A stretch of DNA of 64,000 nucleotides from IMG/VR virus record IMGVR_UViG_3300013233_000195, positions 1-64,000 of that record, one strand, 5' to 3'. The notes under the pieces were generated by a model. It searched no databases. It was not told the origin of the DNA and was given only the letters and a program-made list of their open reading frames with translations. This DNA comes from a virus. The first letter of the stretch is position 1, and each line of letters starts with the position of its first letter. Positions 9,744 through 20,303 of the stretch are shown here, one piece after another. The translations under genes were made by a program, and so were the position numbers.

Positions 9744-10781
9744 ATGAAAAAAACAGATCCGATTGAGATTCTGGAGGCAATGAATCTTAAGAATGCGGGT
9801 AGATTTCTTCGTGCGAAAGACCATGATAGAATTGAGGCCCTGCCGACCCCCCTACCAGAATTCAATAGTTATGTTAGTGGGATTGGGGGGCTTCCCATTG
9901 GACAGCTAACAGAGATTGCTGGTGGGGAGTTCTCTGGAAAGACTACATTTCTTCTCAATGTAATTGCACACGCTCAACAGAGTGAAAAGGTTGCAGTTTA
10001 CTTTGATACAGAGCAGAACTTCGATCCACAGTGGGCGGAGAAGATCGGTATAGATCTCTCTTCTCTTGTGATTGTTCACCCCTCTAGTGGGGATGTGGGT
10101 TTTGAGCAGATTTGCTCCCTAGTTGGAAATGTAGATTTGATTATTATTGATTCTCTATCTGCTCTAACGCCAGAAGTTCACCTAGACAAAGAATATGGGA
10201 AGAACAAAAAGCTAGGAGCGCATGCAGCCCTTGTAGCAGAGTATGTAAATCGACTAATTGCGGGGAGTAAAAAGCACGCTCAGCCTGCTCTTAGAGATTC
10301 TGGAACCTGTCTTGTGGCATCTAATCAGGTTCGAGAGAAGCCCAATGTAATGTATGGCTCTCCACTAGACGTAACTGGTGGACGTGCTTGGAAGCACCAT
10401 GTTCGACTCCGCCTATGGTTTTCTAACTTGGGCGTTGACCAGAAAACAAAGGACAGACGTGGAGTTCCTACACGACAGAAAATTAGAATTAAGGCAAAGT
10501 ATAGTCAGATAGGTGTACCTCTCCGTGAAACGGAGTTTTGGCTTCCTTATGACACAGGTAGAATTGAACAGATTAGCAACATTACTCTCTTGGACGTAGC
10601 CAGAGACCGGGGTATTGTCTCTGTTGGGCCTACGGGCTGGATCTCTTGGAACCAAGAGTTCTTTAATAGTCGGAATGTAAAAACACCAGAAAAAATAAGG
10701 GGGCTTAGGAAGTTTGAGCAGTTCTTGGAAGATAATCCTACAATCAAATCTCTAATTGAGGAGGAAACAAATGGTGACTAA
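9744..10781 (+). CDS. recA: RecA/UvsX-like recombinase
   Basis: GGEFSGKTT, FDTEQ, IIIDSLSAL, NQVREK, TGGRAWKH. Confidence 0.92.
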   Translation: MKKTDPIEILEAMNLKNAGRFLRAKDHDRIEALPTPLPEFNSYVSGIGGLPIGQLTEIAGGEFSGKTTFLLNVIAHAQQSEKVAVYFDTEQNFDPQWAEKIGIDLSSLVIVHPSSGDVGFEQICSLVGNVDLIIIDSLSALTPEVHLDKEYGKNKKLGAHAALVAEYVNRLIAGSKKHAQPALRDSGTCLVASNQVREKPNVMYGSPLDVTGGRAWKHHVRLRLWFSNLGVDQKTKDRRGVPTRQKIRIKAKYSQIGVPLRETEFWLPYDTGRIEQISNITLLDVARDRGIVSVGPTGWISWNQEFFNSRNVKTPEKIRGLRKFEQFLEDNPTIKSLIEEETNGD

Positions 10782-11196
10782 GAAGCAGAGTCAGAAGAGG
10801 TCTGTAAATCCTATTCTTGATGAAGGAACAGGAGCAATTTCTGAGAGCAACACCGAGCTAGACAAAATGATTACTGAGGAACTTGGTGGAGATATTCTGG
10901 AGAGCAATGAGGAATCTACACTAGACACCCTCTTCACTGCCCAGCTCTCACTGTTCTATGCTATGCTCTCTGGTTTTCTTGGGCTACTCCAGGCCCTGCT
11001 ACAACATGGTAAGCTCTCAAGACCTGTTGTTGAGGGAGCAGCCACAAAAATCTGGGTTGGGCTGCACAATGCTGGTCCAGAGTTAGAAAAGCTGGGTATT
11101 CGTCCAGATGTTGAAGATATTGTGAGTAATATGATTACAGATATGCTTGGAGAGACTACTTGGAGAAATCGAGCAGAAAGGATTTTTGTAAAGTAA
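10756..11196 (+). CDS. hypothetical protein
   Basis: ORF track; probable start 10771 after GAGGAGG. Confidence 0.7.
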   Translation: MRRKQMVTKKQSQKRSVNPILDEGTGAISESNTELDKMITEELGGDILESNEESTLDTLFTAQLSLFYAMLSGFLGLLQALLQHGKLSRPVVEGAATKIWVGLHNAGPELEKLGIRPDVEDIVSNMITDMLGETTWRNRAERIFVK

Positions 11197-11197
11197 G

Positions 11198-12295
11198 ATG
11201 ACACAATTTCTACTAATAGGAGATCTTCACTTCTCAAACCGGAGTCCTTATGGAAAGCTCAATCCTAATACGGGATTGAATACTCATGTTGAGGAGCAAT
11301 TTGAGCTACTGGACTCAATCCTAGAAGAGAATGCTGGAGTCAACTATATTGTCTTTGGGGGTGATGTGTTTGACTACTATCTTCCTGGCAACACTCTTCG
11401 CACTAGGCTAGCTTCCTCCCTACAAAGGGCTATTGATCGGGGAAGTCACATCATTATCATGACGGGAAATCACGATCAGGGGAAGTTTCAGTCTCCATAC
11501 GCTGATCTCCAGCTCCTTGTGCCCAACATTCGAGTGCTTTCCAGCCCGGCTATGCTCACAAAGTACCGGATTGCCTTTGTGCCTTGGATCAGGGATCATA
11601 TGAAAGTCACCACAGTGTTGCAACAACATAAGGAAAAGGGGGCTGAGATTCTTGTAGGGCACTTTGCAGTTCATGGCAGCCTTGCTCATGGTGGACACCA
11701 TTTCAAGGCCAAGACCGGACATCAGGGAGTCTCTGCGGAGAGTCTCTCTGGCTTCAAGTATGTATGTCTATCGCACTTCCACCAACCTAGTGAGTTCTAC
11801 ATTGGCGCTCTGTGGAAGAATAACTTTGGAGAAGAGGAGCAAGGTAACAACCGATATGCCCGTCTTACATTTGACACCCCAGATAGTGAGGGCGCTTTAG
11901 AATATATCACCGTTCCAGATCTTCACAAGTTTCAGACAATAGTTATCAAAGAGGATGAGGAGGAAGATGTCCTCTCAAGAGTAAAGCAAGACAGCTTTGA
12001 GGGCAGCATTGTTCGTCTACGCCCCACTGGTAAAAAGTCTTGGCTAGCCAATAGCTCCACTTTGAAGTTTATTGAAGGGCATGTCCGCTCTACAGCGTAT
12101 CACGTTGTCATTGATCCCATTACTGAGGGAGAAGAGAGTGTTCAGAGAAAGGAAGCAAAGGCGCTCATGGAAGAGACTTCTTCCTTTGATGAAGCTGTGG
12201 TAGTAAAGGCAGAACGGTTCTTCAAAGATGATCCAAACTCTGAAGCTATTTTACTTTATGGGAAGATGCTGTTAGGAGATACCTATGGCTCTTAA
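11198..12295 (+). CDS. sbcD: SbcD/Mre11-like nuclease subunit
   Basis: GDLH, GGDVFD, GNHD, GH, SHFH metallophosphoesterase motifs; adjacent to SbcC-like gene. Confidence 0.88.
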   Translation: MTQFLLIGDLHFSNRSPYGKLNPNTGLNTHVEEQFELLDSILEENAGVNYIVFGGDVFDYYLPGNTLRTRLASSLQRAIDRGSHIIIMTGNHDQGKFQSPYADLQLLVPNIRVLSSPAMLTKYRIAFVPWIRDHMKVTTVLQQHKEKGAEILVGHFAVHGSLAHGGHHFKAKTGHQGVSAESLSGFKYVCLSHFHQPSEFYIGALWKNNFGEEEQGNNRYARLTFDTPDSEGALEYITVPDLHKFQTIVIKEDEEEDVLSRVKQDSFEGSIVRLRPTGKKSWLANSSTLKFIEGHVRSTAYHVVIDPITEGEESVQRKEAKALMEETSSFDEAVVVKAERFFKDDPNSEAILLYGKMLLGDTYGS

Positions 12296-14339
12296 AAGGG
12301 TAGAAATTGATGGTCTAATGGCTGTAGATCAAGAGCTTCTTGATAACATCCCAGCGGACTTGATCTTTGTGTATGGTACCAATGGTAGTGGAAAGAGTAC
12401 ATTTGCCCACGCCGTGTCTTGGGCACTCTTTGGGAAGGTGGACCTCATTACGGGTGTGGATGGTATCATCAACACAAGTCGATCTGATTTTACAAAGGTT
12501 GAGGTACTGTGGGAGAATCCACAGACAGGAGATCAGGTCCAGATTACTCGTAGGAGGCCCTGTCGAGGATCAACTACTTTAACTGTTGCAGTCAATGGGA
12601 CGGATGTATCAAAGAACACAACAACACAAACACAAGAAGTCCTATTTGAGATCTTAGGCATCCAGGACAAGAAGCGGGGTTGGTTGGACTTCCTTAACCA
12701 AAACCTACTCAGTTCCCCCGAAAACCGAGTATTTGTAACAGATGGTGGGGGAAATGTTGCCTCTCGTCGAGACATGATTCTCCGGTTTATGTATGCTGAG
12801 GAGTATGAAGATCTCTATAAGAGATCTGTAAGTGCAAGAAAGAAGCTACAGGAAGTTGTAGACACAACGGAGTATAATGTTGAGCAACTAACTCATCAGC
12901 AGTCTCAATTTCTCTCTGTAAAAGAGTATGAGAGTGCTGTCCTCCAAGAGAAGAGTAAGATAATGGCCTGTAAGAAGGAGATCGAAAGGCTCAATGCCCT
13001 TAAAGAAGCTAGTGATCTAAAACAACGACTAGAATATTGTGACCAGGAGATTCTTTGTCTCACAGAGAAGCAGCAAAGTCTCCAAGTTAAACTGGATGCT
13101 CTAGAGAAGGCAGAGCCAACACCGCAACCTACTCAGCATCTAGCTGACGAGATGGCAAAAATAGAGGTAGAAATAGACGAGTATCGTAACACTAAGCATG
13201 AAGTTCAACAGACTGGAAGAGAGCTTCAACAAGAAATTGCTGGCTTTTCAGATCCCTTAAGGTGCCCTTCCTGCCAGGAACGTCTAAGCTATCACGACAA
13301 CACACTTGTTCTCTATAGTGGGCTAACTTCTGAGCAACAAAACTCTTTGGTTCAGCAGCTCTCAGCCAATAAGAAGGACAGACAAAGCCTGGATCAGAAG
13401 GTAGAGCAAGCTACCAAGAGACTTGCAGAGCTAAGAGCCCGGCTTTTACAAGCTCAACTACCAAAGCGCAGTCGGGATATGGAAGTGCTGCAAACAGAGA
13501 TAAACAACGCTCGTCTGCTGTGCGAAGACCGGGTTAGCAAGCGACAGCAGCTTGCTCTGGAGCTAAGTTCTTGTGAGGATAACGACGAGACACCGGATGA
13601 GATCGACAAGAAGCTGCTAGCCCAAAAGAGACAGGTAGAACTGGCTAACCAGAATCTAGGACGCTTGCGAGCGGAAAAGGAAAGCAGGGCACTGCTGGAC
13701 ATCAAAGTCAATCAGGAGCAGCTTGCTCTTGTCCAGGAGCAAAATGAGGTTCAGATTGCTCAACAGTGGGAGGCTTTCCTATGGGTCTTCCGAGATACTA
13801 TGATTGAGAGCTTTCTCCCTCTTCTTGAAGAGAAGACCAATTTCTTCCTTCGGAAACTAGGAACATTTCTGAGAATTGAGTTCTCAACCCAAAAGAAGAA
13901 AAAGGGAGCTAGAAAGGGAGAGAATGAGTTCAAGATGGACTTCCTCCTCCGTATCTTCGGAGATAACGGAGTAGCTCGGGAGGATCTGGAGACTTTCAGC
14001 AAGGGGGAGCGAGAACGGATCGGGCTTGCGACGAGTCTAGCGTTGAGAAACCTTTCTCAAAGAATGGGAAAGTCTCAGTTAGATTTTCTTATCATTGATG
14101 AAGCAGCCGACGCTCTGGATCAAGAAGGAATGTCTCGGCTACTTAATCTTCTCAAGAATGAGGAAATCCAAGCATTTGTGATCAGCCACAGAAGAGAATT
14201 CTCCGGCTGGTTCCCTAATCAGATAGAGGTGATAAAGTCTAATGAGTTCACAGAATACTTCCCATCCTGGGAAGAAGAAACCACCCAAGACATGGAAGCA
14301 GGACGAGCGCAATGTGGCGGCAATGTTTGGAACAACTAG
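12285..14339 (+). CDS. sbcC: SbcC/Rad50-like SMC ATPase
   Basis: GTNGSGKST, coiled coils, CPSC zinc hook, FSKGE signature, IIDE, ISH. Confidence 0.9.
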   Translation: MALKRVEIDGLMAVDQELLDNIPADLIFVYGTNGSGKSTFAHAVSWALFGKVDLITGVDGIINTSRSDFTKVEVLWENPQTGDQVQITRRRPCRGSTTLTVAVNGTDVSKNTTTQTQEVLFEILGIQDKKRGWLDFLNQNLLSSPENRVFVTDGGGNVASRRDMILRFMYAEEYEDLYKRSVSARKKLQEVVDTTEYNVEQLTHQQSQFLSVKEYESAVLQEKSKIMACKKEIERLNALKEASDLKQRLEYCDQEILCLTEKQQSLQVKLDALEKAEPTPQPTQHLADEMAKIEVEIDEYRNTKHEVQQTGRELQQEIAGFSDPLRCPSCQERLSYHDNTLVLYSGLTSEQQNSLVQQLSANKKDRQSLDQKVEQATKRLAELRARLLQAQLPKRSRDMEVLQTEINNARLLCEDRVSKRQQLALELSSCEDNDETPDEIDKKLLAQKRQVELANQNLGRLRAEKESRALLDIKVNQEQLALVQEQNEVQIAQQWEAFLWVFRDTMIESFLPLLEEKTNFFLRKLGTFLRIEFSTQKKKKGARKGENEFKMDFLLRIFGDNGVAREDLETFSKGERERIGLATSLALRNLSQRMGKSQLDFLIIDEAADALDQEGMSRLLNLLKNEEIQAFVISHRREFSGWFPNQIEVIKSNEFTEYFPSWEEETTQDMEAGRAQCGGNVWNN

Positions 14340-14604
14340 GACTCCTTTATCGGGTTCTAACTCTAGACATGAGACTGAAAGTGATTCGCTTTCAGAGGTT
14401 ATGTACATTGAGTGTAAAAGGCGCAAGAGAATGGCTATCTGGACTCTATTTCAGGATACGGAGAATAAAGCTAAATCTGAGGGAAAGATTCCTCTTGTGG
14501 CTCTTAAAGAGACAGGTAGACGCGGCTATCTCTTCGTTATTAGACCAGAAGACCTTGAAAAGATAGCTTTAGTTTATGAGGGGGGAGAGATGAATGTAAA
14601 ATGA
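14242..14604 (+). CDS. putative Holliday junction resolvase (PD-(D/E)xK)
   Basis: ERNVA...PLSGS...SD...YIECK pattern; follows SbcCD. Confidence 0.7.
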   Translation: MSSQNTSHPGKKKPPKTWKQDERNVAAMFGTTRTPLSGSNSRHETESDSLSEVMYIECKRRKRMAIWTLFQDTENKAKSEGKIPLVALKETGRRGYLFVIRPEDLEKIALVYEGGEMNVK

Positions 14605-14906
14605 CGGTAAAAGAGAAATATCCCTACAACTTTAGCCTAAGAATTAGGGGCAATGAGTTTCTTGCAGAGAATCAGCTTAAGAGGATCATCAAAGAGGCTG
14701 TAGAAGACACCGCATTAGGTGTTCAAGATGTGACGTTTCCTAGCCCAGAAACGGGCTTTGGGAACAATAAGAATCTCCATTACTGGGCCGTCGCAGAGCA
14801 ATATCAGAATAATCTTTCAATTGCTAGAACATGTGGTACTTGCAGACACTCCTTTTTCAATGGAAATCCCGATGGCTGCCCCTACACCACCTGTCGCCAA
14901 AATTAG
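14601..14906 (+). CDS. hypothetical protein with C-terminal Cys cluster
   Basis: CGTCRH...CPYTTC. Confidence 0.6.
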   Translation: MTVKEKYPYNFSLRIRGNEFLAENQLKRIIKEAVEDTALGVQDVTFPSPETGFGNNKNLHYWAVAEQYQNNLSIARTCGTCRHSFFNGNPDGCPYTTCRQN

Positions 14907-14908
14907 AC

Positions 14909-14937
14909 TTGACATGAGAGCAATTTTGTGGTATACT
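14909..14937 (+). promoter_or_regulatory. sigma70 promoter with extended -10
   Basis: TTGACA-17 bp-TATACT preceded by TGTGG; upstream of the packaging genes. Confidence 0.8.
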
Positions 14938-14968
14938 TATAGGGAGTTGAGGACATAATGAAGAGGAG

Positions 14969-15190
14969 GTGACTACCGTGGATGATGTAAGTAAAAAGGA
15001 ACTTTTAGCAAAAATCGACTTTTTTAAGACACAGATGATGGAACTGCCCATGGCTATTGAGGACGCAATTTCTCCGCCGCTGTGGTACTTCCTAGAGGAT
15101 CTAAGGCAAGCCTGCTTATGTATGCTGGAGATTGAAGAAGACCGAATTGAGGAGGAATCTCATGGCTCAGAGGCCGGAAACACCACCTAA
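14969..15190 (+). CDS. hypothetical protein
   Basis: ORF track, downstream of promoter. Confidence 0.6.
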   Translation: MTTVDDVSKKELLAKIDFFKTQMMELPMAIEDAISPPLWYFLEDLRQACLCMLEIEEDRIEEESHGSEAGNTT

Positions 15191-16004
15191 GAAGAGAGAA
15201 ATTGACCTAGAGCTATTGGACCTCCAATTAACGCCAGCAGAGCAGTTTGATGATGACGACATCTACTCAGACAAAAATGGGCACCTGTTTCTTCCTACGG
15301 GAGCTATCCGAGAGGGGAAGCCTCGATATGCCCGAATATGCGGTTTTCGGATGACTTATGCTGGCCCCGCTACAGTATGTCGAAACTGGGCTGGTAGCGG
15401 TACAGATCATGGTGGGATTGGCTTTTGTCGGATACATGATAAAGCATATAGAAACCGAAATCTCATTAGATCCGGAGGGAAGCTAGATGCTCTAGCTCAA
15501 AGTAGGATGCACAGTAAGGTCATGGAGCGGTATCTAGCTTCCTCGGGGGATGCCCAATTCGCAAATGTTATGCGAGAGACCTCTGAGATCGTTGAGAGTG
15601 GGGAATTACGAGACCTTCACAACGTTCTTGTGGTGTTGCACACAGCATTGCAGGCGGTAATGGCAAAGATTCGGGTTAACGACGACCCCGAGAGCGTGGA
15701 TATCTCAGGACTCAAACTGGGGCCACTTATCACCCTGCTTTCGGAGATCAGGAAGACAGCGGAAGCGGTAAATCGCATTGAGCAGAGTCTAATCTTTAAT
15801 CCTAGAGATATGAGAATGTTTATCACTAGTCTCCTGGAGGCCGCTCGTGCCTTAATGACACCAACAGACTACATTGTCTTTTTGGAGAGAATTGCCAACA
15901 ATGAAATCGTTTTGGGGAATGAGAGGAGTAAGAAAAATATCCTCAAAACAATGGACTTTTACCCTGTCGATGCAACAGTTATAGACGAGGAGAATGATGT
16001 GTAG
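15132..16004 (+). CDS. putative terminase small subunit
   Basis: C...C...HGG...CRIH motif then helical region; directly upstream of TerL ATPase; probable start 15162. Confidence 0.6.
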   Translation: MKKTELRRNLMAQRPETPPKKREIDLELLDLQLTPAEQFDDDDIYSDKNGHLFLPTGAIREGKPRYARICGFRMTYAGPATVCRNWAGSGTDHGGIGFCRIHDKAYRNRNLIRSGGKLDALAQSRMHSKVMERYLASSGDAQFANVMRETSEIVESGELRDLHNVLVVLHTALQAVMAKIRVNDDPESVDISGLKLGPLITLLSEIRKTAEAVNRIEQSLIFNPRDMRMFITSLLEAARALMTPTDYIVFLERIANNEIVLGNERSKKNILKTMDFYPVDATVIDEENDV

Positions 16005-17089
16005 TGTCAAAACTTTTGGAGGAACTGCTTAGTGAAACAAAGAAGCAGGCCACAACCACTCTAACTCAAAAGAACAGAATTATTCAGTCCGAGTGGAATC
16101 GGTCGAAAGCTGAGGATTTTGCAAAGAGATCTGTTCGAGATCTTCTAAATGATTCCTACTTCCTTAACTTCAAAAACAGTCCAAATGATGTAGATGGTTG
16201 GGCAGATCGTCTCTATCCTGCCGTCAAGCAAGATGTCATTGACCTTTTTGAAGAGAAGGATCGCAGAGAGATTAACTTTGCCTTGTTCATTGAAGGCATT
16301 GGTAGTGGAAAGTCCACAAAGGCAGGAATTATTACTTGGATTCAGTGGTACTACCTAACTTGCTGGTATGACTTCCCAACAGGACAGATATTTCTTCCCA
16401 ATGGGAAGGTTATCAAGATCACTCCTGGCAGCGTGATTGCCTTCATTTTCCTAAACCGTGGTAAGGAGCAGGCAAGGAGAGTATCCTTTGAGAAGGTGCT
16501 ACCGCTTTTCAAGTGTCCCTTCAACATGGACTTCTTTCCACCGGATCAGCGAAAAGTTGAGATTCGGATTCCTAGAAATAAGACAGTTATCTTTCCAGGA
16601 ACCGGAGAAGCTCTTTCAATTCTAGGGTATGACCTGTGGGGCGGAGTTATTGATGAGGCAAACTTCCTGAATGTAATCGAAGATAGTGCTTCTTCATTAG
16701 ACCCCAATGGGCGCTTTGATGCAGCTCAACACATGTTCAACGCGGTTCAGGCAAGAATGAAGAGCCGATTTGGTTTCCGAGGAGAGGCTCCTCCTGGTCT
16801 GTTGACCATGATCTCCTCTCCAAGCTACCCAGACGCCTTCCTAGAGCGTAAGGCGGCGGAGTATGAGATGAATCCTGAAAAGAGTCTCATGTTCTACCGA
16901 AGACGCGCTACCTGGGAGGCAGCACCATACAAGTACGCTCAGGACTGCTTTGTGTTTGACATTAACACAATGGAAGTGGTTGCAACTCCTCCCGGCAAGG
17001 AGGAGTACATCACAAACAGACGTGATAGAGAGCAAGCAATGAGAGAAAGGGATAGGCGAGAAAAAGATGGGGCAATCACTCAACTTTGA
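16004..17089 (+). CDS. terminase large subunit, ATPase half
   Basis: GIGSGKS Walker A, GGVIDEAN Walker B, ISSP coupling motif, RATWE. Confidence 0.82.
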   Translation: MSKLLEELLSETKKQATTTLTQKNRIIQSEWNRSKAEDFAKRSVRDLLNDSYFLNFKNSPNDVDGWADRLYPAVKQDVIDLFEEKDRREINFALFIEGIGSGKSTKAGIITWIQWYYLTCWYDFPTGQIFLPNGKVIKITPGSVIAFIFLNRGKEQARRVSFEKVLPLFKCPFNMDFFPPDQRKVEIRIPRNKTVIFPGTGEALSILGYDLWGGVIDEANFLNVIEDSASSLDPNGRFDAAQHMFNAVQARMKSRFGFRGEAPPGLLTMISSPSYPDAFLERKAAEYEMNPEKSLMFYRRRATWEAAPYKYAQDCFVFDINTMEVVATPPGKEEYITNRRDREQAMRERDRREKDGAITQL

Positions 17090-17324
17090 TAATCTCATAA
17101 AAAGATGTCCAGTTCATGGGGACCGAATGATCCCTCTAGTTATTAAGGGTGAAATCCAAGTCTTTATGACAAAGGACGCGCAGGGATATCCGGTTCCTGT
17201 TCCCCGACTTGTCTGCCCAGCATGTGAGGAGATGAGGCGAAAGAGAGCCCACATTCAGGAAGAAATGAGAAAAGACCTGAAAAGCAACAAAATTATCTTA
17301 CCTCCGGGGGTGTATGTTGAATGA
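17067..17324 (+). CDS. small zinc-ribbon protein between the terminase halves
   Basis: CPVH...CPAC; overlaps both neighbours (ATGA coupling with the downstream gene). Confidence 0.7.
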   Translation: MGQSLNFDNLIKRCPVHGDRMIPLVIKGEIQVFMTKDAQGYPVPVPRLVCPACEEMRRKRAHIQEEMRKDLKSNKIILPPGVYVE

Positions 17325-18421
17325 TTGATGTCTCAAAGCTAAAGTCTGGTAGAGTTGGAAATAGTTCACTGTTGGCAGCGCCAATAGACTTCCTTCCCGA
17401 AGCTGTAGCAGATCCAGGACGGTTTCTGCGGGATTTTGCCTGCATTCCTACAGCTTCTCTATCTCCCTGGTTTCGCAGAAAAGCTAAAGTTATGGAATGC
17501 GTTGATGTAGTTGATCCCGGTGATCCAGAGCAAGGACTGGAGCCTGAGTATCGAAAGAATCCTTTCGATGACACTAACTTGTCCTTTGATCCTGAGTTCA
17601 CTCCAATTGGTGGGATGCACTATTACATTCATGTAGACCTTTCAAGAACTAGCGACCCCTGTGGTATTGGAATGTCCCATGTCGAGAAGTTTGTAGAAGT
17701 CAGTCGTCAAGATGCTGGCTCTGCCAAAGTTGAAAAGGTGCCTATTGTTGTTGTGGACTTTATGGGTAGGATTGATCCAAGGTTACAACCCAATCAAGAG
17801 ATCAGTTTTGGAGCCATTAGAAATCTAATAGTAGAACTCAAGCAGCGGGGCTTCTCAATTCGTCTTGTGACCTTTGATGGTTTTCAAAGTGTAGACTCTA
17901 TTCAGATACTAATGGAAACACACAGAATTCTTGCAGCAAAGCTGTCTGTTGACTACACAATGAAGTATGCAAAGGTGAATATGAAGAAAAGAAAGGTTGA
18001 ATATCTTCCTACAAATGGCAGATATTTGGCCGTCTGGACTGCTCTACGAGAGTTGATGTATGAAGACCGAATTCATGTGCCATATCATCCCTATTGGGAA
18101 TTTGAGTGTTTGGGAACAGAGCATACTGCTCTACGCACTACAGGCGCAAGGAAGAAGGAAAAGGTAGATCATGGACCGAAGACCACCATTGACATGCTCC
18201 AGGGAGTGGGAGGATCTGTCTTTGAAGCGGTGATGAACGAAAAGCAACGATTTGTTTTTGACTATGAGAGCGAACTTCGGCAGATTCCACCGGATAGGTA
18301 TTATAGTCGCCTACCACAACACAACGCAAGAATAGGCTCCCAGGGAGAGGGAGCTGATCCCTATTACCAAGATCCAGAAATTGGATTACAACGAAGATGG
18401 GAAGAGGATTTAGATGGCTAA
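17321..18421 (+). CDS. terminase large subunit, RNase H-like nuclease half
   Basis: DPGRFLRDFA, IHVDLSRTSD, TFDGFQS, KVDH...IDML. Confidence 0.82.
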   Translation: MIDVSKLKSGRVGNSSLLAAPIDFLPEAVADPGRFLRDFACIPTASLSPWFRRKAKVMECVDVVDPGDPEQGLEPEYRKNPFDDTNLSFDPEFTPIGGMHYYIHVDLSRTSDPCGIGMSHVEKFVEVSRQDAGSAKVEKVPIVVVDFMGRIDPRLQPNQEISFGAIRNLIVELKQRGFSIRLVTFDGFQSVDSIQILMETHRILAAKLSVDYTMKYAKVNMKKRKVEYLPTNGRYLAVWTALRELMYEDRIHVPYHPYWEFECLGTEHTALRTTGARKKEKVDHGPKTTIDMLQGVGGSVFEAVMNEKQRFVFDYESELRQIPPDRYYSRLPQHNARIGSQGEGADPYYQDPEIGLQRRWEEDLDG

Positions 18422-20303
18422 AAAGATTAAGATTGCAGCAACTACGGCTGACCCCTCTGTTTTCAAGTTTGGAGAGGAAGAGCTAAACATCTACAACCAA
18501 GAGCAAATGAGAGAAGTCAACGAGACTGTCCGACTTGCTGTAGCTCAGGCAGTTAATGAGAGGGGTGAGTATCAAACCGTAGAAGACATGGAAAAGGGGA
18601 TGCTAGGAGAGCTAAGGGACTTTCAGCACGATCCTGCTCTGTGCTATCGCTTGGGACGATATGCTGGAGTTCTTGAGGGAATGACAGCCCACTCGGTAGC
18701 AACTAATGAAGATTCTAGTGCCCGATCTCTTCAAGAAGCTGCAAAGTGGATGATCCTTGGGGGGGGTGGTGGCATTGCTTCTGTTACCTCCCAAGACGAC
18801 CAGACTAGAATTATGCTCCAAGATGCAGCCTTTACAAAGACACAGACCTCTCCCCATGCCCGCTCCATTGTGGATAACTTCCAGCGATATACCATTGGAA
18901 GAGGCATTAAAATCAAAATTCCTTCTGAGAAGGTACAGAGTAAGATCAACAGGTTTTGGGCAAAGAATCACATGAACTCTAGACAAAAGCTGTTCGTGTG
19001 GGATGCCTATGTTCGGGGAGAGCTGCCTCTTGCCTATTTCATCTCCCCTTCTGGGGGCGTGCGTGTACGAAGCACACCACCAAAGGAGATTGTCCAGATT
19101 GAAACCGATCCCGATGATGTGGCTATGCCCCTGTCTTATCTGAGACAGTGGAGAGACCCAAGAACTCACGAGGATCATCAGCAAATCTTCGCAGATGTCA
19201 ACTACTTCCAGAACATTGAAGATGAGGATTTCTTAGTTCCTTATAGTCAATTTCACTCTTCATTGTCTCCGACTCGTTTGATGCAGTTTATCAAGTATAG
19301 CTGTGGAGAAGGAGAAACGCGAGGACGAGTCCCAATGGCTCCCGTTCTGCGGTGGATTCGTCTACATGAAGAGTTTGGTATAGATCGAGCTGTTCTAAAT
19401 CACGAGCGCTCTAAGGTACTATTCAAGAAAATTATCTCAGGGAATACCTCTGAGGCAACAACAAGGTACCTGCCTTCTCCACCAGCTAGCGTGACTCTTG
19501 TAGAGACAGAAGATGTTCAGTGGGAGATTATGAGCGCAAAGATTGAGGCAGCATCTGCAAAGGATGATGGTCTACTGCTTCTCTACTTCATTGGAGCGGG
19601 TGTAACGGTTCCTCTTCACATTCTAGATCAGAATACAAGTCAGGCTGTCTATGCTTCAATCCGTAAGAGCGACTCTCCCTTTGCACAGGCGATTCTAGAC
19701 AATCAAGACTTTTGGGACAATAACTTCAAGGTTATGGAACGAATAGTTATTCGGGCAGCAATGGATGCTGGAACGTTGCCCCCAAAGGTTAAGATTCGTA
19801 GATTTCTTCAGGAAGGAGAGAAGGGGTACCAGCCTTGGATGGACGAAGAAACCTTCTCTTTCCGAATCTATGAAGCGGTGCGAAATGGAAAGACTCCTGA
19901 TGAAGTTCTAGATGAACTCTCTACGGACATTCAAAAAGCACAAACCCCTAAGATGGTCGCTACTGATGAGATCCCAATTAATAATATCTTTCCAGATATG
20001 ATTATTCAAGATCCTCTGGAGCAGGCTCAGGTTGCACTGGTACATCAAGAGTTGGGAGTTGCAAGTACCCGGAGCTTGGCTGCGAAGGCCGGTTACAACT
20101 TTGACATGGAGATGTTCCTAAAGCATGTTGAGGATCAAGAAGCAAAAGCACTAGGAATTGATATTATTCCACCTACGAAGAGTGGTAGACCAGTAGATGG
20201 AAACCCTAACAGTCCAAAGGACCAAGGAGCACTGGCAAAAAGTGGAACGACAAAGAAGGATAGATCCCCTGGCACTACAAGACCAAGAAAGCCTTCAAGA
20301 TAA
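18414..20303 (+). CDS. portal protein
   Basis: 629 aa directly after TerL; IGRG...FW...YVRGE...RGRVPM portal-like pattern. Confidence 0.75.
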   Translation: MAKKIKIAATTADPSVFKFGEEELNIYNQEQMREVNETVRLAVAQAVNERGEYQTVEDMEKGMLGELRDFQHDPALCYRLGRYAGVLEGMTAHSVATNEDSSARSLQEAAKWMILGGGGGIASVTSQDDQTRIMLQDAAFTKTQTSPHARSIVDNFQRYTIGRGIKIKIPSEKVQSKINRFWAKNHMNSRQKLFVWDAYVRGELPLAYFISPSGGVRVRSTPPKEIVQIETDPDDVAMPLSYLRQWRDPRTHEDHQQIFADVNYFQNIEDEDFLVPYSQFHSSLSPTRLMQFIKYSCGEGETRGRVPMAPVLRWIRLHEEFGIDRAVLNHERSKVLFKKIISGNTSEATTRYLPSPPASVTLVETEDVQWEIMSAKIEAASAKDDGLLLLYFIGAGVTVPLHILDQNTSQAVYASIRKSDSPFAQAILDNQDFWDNNFKVMERIVIRAAMDAGTLPPKVKIRRFLQEGEKGYQPWMDEETFSFRIYEAVRNGKTPDEVLDELSTDIQKAQTPKMVATDEIPINNIFPDMIIQDPLEQAQVALVHQELGVASTRSLAAKAGYNFDMEMFLKHVEDQEAKALGIDIIPPTKSGRPVDGNPNSPKDQGALAKSGTTKKDRSPGTTRPRKPSR

